Shown here: positions 34,701-39,083 of the stretch, piece after piece
Layout: each line of letters begins with the position of its first letter
How positions within the stretch are numbered: position 1 is the first letter of the stretch
Source: a virus
Lineage: Duplodnaviria > Caudoviricetes
DNA: 39,083 nucleotides
Virus record (IMG/VR): IMGVR_UViG_3300010376_000073
Location: 1-39,083 of that record
Reading direction: 5' to 3' (one strand)
Position numbers and translations under genes: made by a program
Notes under the pieces: model-generated
What the model was told of the DNA's origin: nothing
The model's input: only the letters and a program-made list of their open reading frames with translations
Databases searched by the model: none

Positions 34701-37287
34701 GTACAGCAGATTGAAGCGCACGACCATTGCGCTCGAAACAGGTATCAATTACATCACCCTGCGCCGGAGCACACGGAGTAGAGTTTAGACCATCGGTTGC
34801 CTTTATCATTTCGCCGTAGTCACCATGAAACCAATTGTGGATAATCATTACGTGATCGGCACCAGCATCCATCTTCACACCTGGGACACAACCTAAATGT
34901 ACTGTACCATCGCACACAAAGAATGTCAGGTCTATTTGGGTATCGGAGACGATATTAATACTCTGCATGTCAATTTGACCACCGAGAGAGATATTAGGAT
35001 CGGTGCAAGGCTCAGTTGTACAGTTGTGTAAAAGGCCAGAACTAAGCCAATGAGTGCCCACTCCATAACAGGACATGTTATAAGATTTGCCCCGTGATAC
35101 CATCAAAGTTTCTTGCGGGGACCAACAGTACTCTATTCCATAGGTTAAAGCTGTAGACATTCCCACGCCTTTGTAAAGGACAGACACCTGAAACGGTGGA
35201 ACTGCGTTTTGTGTTAAACCCTGGAAATCATCAGCAACAGATGGACTAAGACGAGTTTCTCGTGTTGCAAACGTACTTGATTGACCATTCATGCCAGTTA
35301 TAACTTGAGTAGCCCCACTAGCTCCTGTTAGAATCGGTGCTCCAGACATCATGCTCTGATTACTAAATTGGATTAGAAATTGCAAGATCCTGCCGATAGT
35401 AACAGCAGAGTTTATTCCATGGGTTGCTATTGTTGTACCTCTGGAACCACGAACAACGATCAAATTCTGTGGATCACTTGCATCCGTCACAACCATTAAT
35501 TCCGTACCAATTACAAGAGTATCCCCATTTTCTGCGGTAGAAATAGCAGTCAAAGATACCGTTGTATTCGTAACAGCAGCAGTCATAGCGACAGCCAATG
35601 TTCCAGTTCCTTTTACATTGCGCCAATCCGTAGCACCTGGTGTGCCAGTGATTGTTATAGGGAAAGGTTTTAAAGTCATAGGAATAAGAATTCCCTTGGA
35701 GCCTGTAAGACACAAGGTTGCACCAGAGCCGGTGCATGTTATAGAAAATTGTTCTGTCATAGAATGGTCATAGGCTACTCGGACTGCTTCATTATAATGG
35801 GCATGATATGTACAAGCACTCCAGCTACCACCAGCAAGAAAGTTTTCAGGTGGATAAGCTAGATTACAGATTTGTCCTACTGCTGGTGAGGATTCGACAT
35901 AGAGAGAATAAATACCTCCGTTATAACAACCATTACCTGCTGCACAGGTAGCTTGTGAATACGGTTGAAAAGGACGTATATCTACATATGCGTGTGAAGA
36001 ATCGGAGATGCACATTGCTGGGGGAACTGTCGTAGCGGGCTGTGATCCAATACCGCAAGATGTGGGCAAAATAATAATAGGAAAGTGTGTAGAGTCGAAC
36101 TGAGGTAGAACATTCTTTCCATTCCATGTAAAAGTTAGATTAGCAACTCGAGTACCATCAGTAGCTAACTTGGCACCAGAATTAAGAGTTAAATACATTC
36201 TCCTAATAGGGGAACTATTGTATACCGTAGGTGTAGTACCGGGGTCTAGTAACGTCTCTGGACATTTAGCACCAGTGTCTGGAGTATCAAAACGACAAGC
36301 TAGAACAAAGGGTTCTGCATCAGGAACCAGCGTTATAGCTGGACCAAACATAGCAACTTCCGTACCGTTGGTAATTTTAAAGGGTCTAGCTCCAGTCGCT
36401 CCTTCACCGACCATCTTTAGTAGTTGTGCCTGTTGAACACCCAACCAAGCTTTAGAACCATCTCCATTAACGGGAGCACCAGCAGCACCAGAAGTGGTCG
36501 CAGAGAACCATTCAATGCCCCAAAATACAATATAGCTATTACCAGAACTCAGACCTATTAATGACTGACTAAGATTACGCGTATAGGTTAACAGAGCAAA
36601 ATCATTAGGGTTTGTGTTGGGAACATATCCAGCGGGAGTATAACCTTGACCGGGACGTACATAGTGTGTATCATTAGGAATGGTAAGGTTTTGTTGTCCG
36701 AGGGCAAGAAAGGCATATAGGTGTGAGGTAACAATAAAGATACGTTTTGGATTTGCGGGGTTAAATTGTACCACCTGGGGTATCATCCACGTACAAGAAC
36801 CCACACCCGGACCATAACCCCAGTCTCCAGCACAGCTATTGTGGTCATTAAAGGGCAGAACAAAGCTTCCTTGACCCTCATATCCTGCTGGAGCCTGTGC
36901 TTTTGAGTCAAGAACCACAACTTCGCCATCTGGAGAAGTACCATTTGTTATATTCGCTGCTGCATCATTCCACGCGCTTACTGTTATACTACCTGTCGTT
37001 GGAGTACAAGCGGCCATAGTAAACGGCTGTACACAGGCGGTATTGTTGTATAAGAAACGTGCTCCATTATCAACAGCAGTTGCTCCAGCACCAGCATTGC
37101 CTACACAATGTACGTGTGTACTGGGTATACAGCCCTGCGTACTATTAGTTGCACTTTGTAAAAGAGCCATCTCTCCTGCCGTGAGCATGTCCGAGGGAAC
37201 TCCTGCTGGTAACGTTCCTGTGGGAAGAGTCGGTTGCTGCGCTAAAGCACATATAGAAATCAACAATATTAAAACTAAGCATCTCAA
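31792..37287 (-). CDS. 1831-aa signal-peptide protein: beta-helix region plus five C-terminal Cna-B/CarboxypepD_reg-like repeats
   Basis: MRCLVLILLISICALA|QQ leader; 'IKNNAILAGTEN', 'IEFVHNYFYKP', 'WELKMG...VHGNIMDG' beta-helix coils; repeats 'Y..SGT......L.G......T...G.Y.F....GSYTVTP....Y.FSPAS..IT'. Confidence 0.7.
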   Translation of the reverse strand: MRCLVLILLISICALAQQPTLPTGTLPAGVPSDMLTAGEMALLQSATNSTQGCIPSTHVHCVGNAGAGATAVDNGARFLYNNTACVQPFTMAACTPTTGSITVSAWNDAAANITNGTSPDGEVVVLDSKAQAPAGYEGQGSFVLPFNDHNSCAGDWGYGPGVGSCTWMIPQVVQFNPANPKRIFIVTSHLYAFLALGQQNLTIPNDTHYVRPGQGYTPAGYVPNTNPNDFALLTYTRNLSQSLIGLSSGNSYIVFWGIEWFSATTSGAAGAPVNGDGSKAWLGVQQAQLLKMVGEGATGARPFKITNGTEVAMFGPAITLVPDAEPFVLACRFDTPDTGAKCPETLLDPGTTPTVYNSSPIRRMYLTLNSGAKLATDGTRVANLTFTWNGKNVLPQFDSTHFPIIILPTSCGIGSQPATTVPPAMCISDSSHAYVDIRPFQPYSQATCAAGNGCYNGGIYSLYVESSPAVGQICNLAYPPENFLAGGSWSACTYHAHYNEAVRVAYDHSMTEQFSITCTGSGATLCLTGSKGILIPMTLKPFPITITGTPGATDWRNVKGTGTLAVAMTAAVTNTTVSLTAISTAENGDTLVIGTELMVVTDASDPQNLIVVRGSRGTTIATHGINSAVTIGRILQFLIQFSNQSMMSGAPILTGASGATQVITGMNGQSSTFATRETRLSPSVADDFQGLTQNAVPPFQVSVLYKGVGMSTALTYGIEYCWSPQETLMVSRGKSYNMSCYGVGTHWLSSGLLHNCTTEPCTDPNISLGGQIDMQSINIVSDTQIDLTFFVCDGTVHLGCVPGVKMDAGADHVMIIHNWFHGDYGEMIKATDGLNSTPCAPAQGDVIDTCFERNGRALQSAVHMGASDTVIESSYFNDVFNYVTFDTYSLTAFSGGSRQLIKNNAILAGTENFITGGTGNNIGLGPAPTSNIEFVHNYFYKPPISKAYGIGVVRPTIITPPITICIGNDPTCNNGAGVANTAYVTNTLNNSIKAGNLSIMFTGVTDPNWTFLNDVAYNITGSTLTSQSFSFPITHANIPLSVLNAGRISNPTNAAANLILPDNNISCVRMEGKDNWELKMGHTMYVHGNIMDGAFNGALQQYATFILTPRGLGATGAAYSEDDIVITNNLTINQSSGIRAASDDNNCQITGTGAGYSGCVGGAMGVGTTKRVIFFNNLFLPNMDNRSPPYPPVQVQPWPLIFYPRIGDWLWQHNTAQLASGLVGSPPNGIYWGGAGTCIASQQGANPATNFWIIDNVFGGTLQAIGGGGCAIAIWSPGGTGVNSTAKRINGNIFGGATSTTMNGSGPNNSVGIIPTLAGGTIPMTYQVGSSTFPDLTLTGPSSLAAWIGPNAINTLDRQTAGVNMHELLNDVGNTFTGQWTRAGVYMLSGTITGPITANVTLTLSGPTTATTTSLTNGTFTFYGLAPGSYTVTPSFPLYTFSPASVPATISTADVTVPAFTSVGATLYTLLGTVSNASNVTITAVGPITRSTVTGAGGTYSLQLMNGSYTVTPSLIGYSFSPASASITVNNANPPAQNFTGTVVPTYTISGTVSGIGTSAAIMTLTGPAIATQTQNTGTGGTYSFTVIAGSYTLTPTLANYTFSPANASITVINTNILQNFAGSSGGGGTGAFPITCNVSNGVAPPGVLFTISGDYNSTCIATQVGTNIQCRFNVNAGNYIITPSLAGYTFTPASRNITVTTSTPPWQQFTAAFGHNVSGTIQGIAPAGVQMQLQVSGDITVQTAITDINGNYLFSNVADGGYIIIPLLSGYTFLPDSSTLLVSGTDVVGQNFTEILAGVAQWNIGSIGPAASGAIAPLGAGTKKKKEKKP

Positions 37288-37288
37288 T

Positions 37289-39083
37289 CTAGTATCCTAG
37301 TGGCCCAAGTAAAGTTACTCGTACACTTATAGTTGGTGTAGGAGATATACAACCAGTTACAGGAAGAGTTTGATTAATATAAAAACGAATAGGCTGACCT
37401 CCCAGTTGCCTTACTGTAAATGGAAGACCATAGTATACTGAGGGATTAGTACCTGCAGCACCAGTTACTAGTATAGCTTGAGTAAGAGTACCATTAGCTG
37501 TACGAGCCATTTGTGGCATGTTACCTGAACTAAAGTTTGTATCCGCATCCCAGAAATTTATACCGAAGTTTACGGTTCCAGCAGTACAAGCAGGACTTCC
37601 ACTATCTGTAACCCACATTTTGAACTGTAGTGCATAAGTACCTGTTTGAGTTGGAGTATAGATAGTACATATTTGACCAGTATATGCTGTACATGCGCTA
37701 CTAGATGGAATTGCTAAATTACCTGCACTAGTTGCTGCAGGTATACCAGCAAACACATGGTCAAAAGCTACAGATGTTCCGCCAGGAACAATGTTGCCAT
37801 TGGCATCAGTTCCTAATGAACCTACGTTAGCAATTGGAGCCGTATTATCGTTGTTCATTAGTTGCACTGGACCAACCAGTTTGCTGCCAGATTGCTGTGC
37901 CATGACTATATTGCCGGTATTACCTTCGACGTGGAAGCCTCCTTCTGTAGGAGAACCTAGTGCTTCGACCTTTAATGGCGAAACGTTCTCGCTGCTTGAC
38001 ACTATATTCAATAGGTCAACTGGGGAAGCAACAAAGGTAGGAGCAAAATCCACTATCCGCATAGCATAACCGCTAGCACTAATATCGCCATTTGAAGTAT
38101 CAAACCCATACTCAGTCACAGTCTGTCCCATATTCAAATACAAACTGGCGGTCGGATTGCCGAGTTGGGACCACAAAACACTGCCACCTAAACCCGAACG
38201 ACAGGTAAAGCCAGTTCCAGCAATCCAGTTCAGTGCTTGACCCGTACCACTACAGGATGGCACACTCATAAAGGTTGGAAGACTAGTTCCTGCTCCAGCA
38301 TGAGCAAAAACTAAGTCACCTGTTTTACTAACACGAGTTATACCTAACGCTGGAGTCGTAGTAGGATTTGTTACGCTATTAGCAATAAAAAGATCAGAAT
38401 TCGCATCTGTGACACTAAAACTAACGTTGGTAACAGTTCCATTACCACCACCGGCAGTACCGGCAATGATATAGCCTTGAGCATTAGTTGCCAGAGAAGG
38501 TGCATTTATAATTGGCGACGGATTTCCACTGGGATTATTTGTGCCCAATCGCATGGGTCCGTAGAAAGCTCCACCATAACTAGCAGTAAGTAATCCATCG
38601 TGTCCGAATATATAATCGCTATTACCTGCACCAATCGATAATGTATCCGTAAGACCATCAGGATAATTAGCCATGCTTACTAATACCCGACCAGAAACCG
38701 ACGGGTTAGGGGCGCTTTCTGCAATAGCAAGTCCTGCTGGACCGTAACTGCCGGAAAAACCTGCTGGTGCCCACATCCACTTTATTTGATTTGCTCCGTG
38801 ACTTGCTGTCGCTGAGGCTGTGGCAGCAAGCACAGAGTTTAGCGTCACATTGCCACTACCGCCAGTAACAGTACCCGGTTCATATCTATGAGTCGTTGCA
38901 TTCCATACCGGGACTTGACCATTTGCTGCTACCGTAGGACTAAAGTCTCCAAGATGTATTGATGCTAATGGTACAGAACCAGTTACTCTACCTACAGAAC
39001 CAAGTGCTGTAGGTGCGGGAGGAGGAGTACAACCGGGAGGAGTACAGATATTAAAAGCCGGGGCTGTCATTCCCACATCTGCA
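37289..39083 (-). CDS. Tail fibre-like protein, probably 5'-truncated
   Basis: Frame is open to the window edge; fibre motifs NGQVPVWNATTHRYEPG, GGGNGTVTNVS, NPTTTPAL, and LATNAQG.I / LGTDANGNI repeats. Confidence 0.7.
   Translation of the reverse strand, partial: ADVGMTAPAFNICTPPGCTPPPAPTALGSVGRVTGSVPLASIHLGDFSPTVAANGQVPVWNATTHRYEPGTVTGGSGNVTLNSVLAATASATASHGANQIKWMWAPAGFSGSYGPAGLAIAESAPNPSVSGRVLVSMANYPDGLTDTLSIGAGNSDYIFGHDGLLTASYGGAFYGPMRLGTNNPSGNPSPIINAPSLATNAQGYIIAGTAGGGNGTVTNVSFSVTDANSDLFIANSVTNPTTTPALGITRVSKTGDLVFAHAGAGTSLPTFMSVPSCSGTGQALNWIAGTGFTCRSGLGGSVLWSQLGNPTASLYLNMGQTVTEYGFDTSNGDISASGYAMRIVDFAPTFVASPVDLLNIVSSSENVSPLKVEALGSPTEGGFHVEGNTGNIVMAQQSGSKLVGPVQLMNNDNTAPIANVGSLGTDANGNIVPGGTSVAFDHVFAGIPAATSAGNLAIPSSSACTAYTGQICTIYTPTQTGTYALQFKMWVTDSGSPACTAGTVNFGINFWDADTNFSSGNMPQMARTANGTLTQAILVTGAAGTNPSVYYGLPFTVRQLGGQPIRFYINQTLPVTGCISPTPTISVRVTLLGPLGY

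Noticed and set aside
1-39083. Many 60-150 aa track ORFs antisense to or nested in long genes (e.g. 3027, 5881, 10242, 18061, 26619, 33902)
   Set aside because: Shadows of well-supported genes, with no RBS or motifs.
1-39083. Prophage boundaries, integrase, tRNA, reverse transcriptase/DGR, alternative genetic code
   Set aside because: None recognised; core genes translate full-length in the standard code and use all three stop codons.

Overview
The window is a large, gene-dense piece of a tailed dsDNA phage genome with podovirus-like architecture, cut inside genes at both ends. There is no integrase, tRNA, CRISPR array or host gene. Minus-strand late genes at 1-14085 include terS, terL, portal, scaffold, decoration protein, major capsid, tail adaptor/nozzle and an ejection-type protein. 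More minus-strand genes at 30467-39083 include a tail fibre, a 1831-aa signal-peptide beta-helix protein, a holin candidate and a Tat lipoprotein. The plus strand (14617-30454) carries small early ORFs, a J-domain/vWA/FtsK operon, a PD-(D/E)XK nuclease, a Sak4-like ATPase, an SSB candidate, endonuclease VII, a split family A DNA polymerase, a DUF3987-like helicase, a GroES derivative, a muramidase and a MazG-like protein. Most unusual: (1) a GroES co-chaperonin with a four-CxxC DnaJ-type zinc finger inserted in its mobile loop, alongside a separate HPD J-domain protein in an operon with vWA and FtsK genes; (2) several proteins with host export signals, including a PEP-CTERM protein between terS and terL; (3) a bacteriocin-like peptide gene between the two polymerase halves; (4) a 25-bp element phased upstream of five TTGACA promoters. 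All family calls are by-eye motif recognition; no database searches were run.
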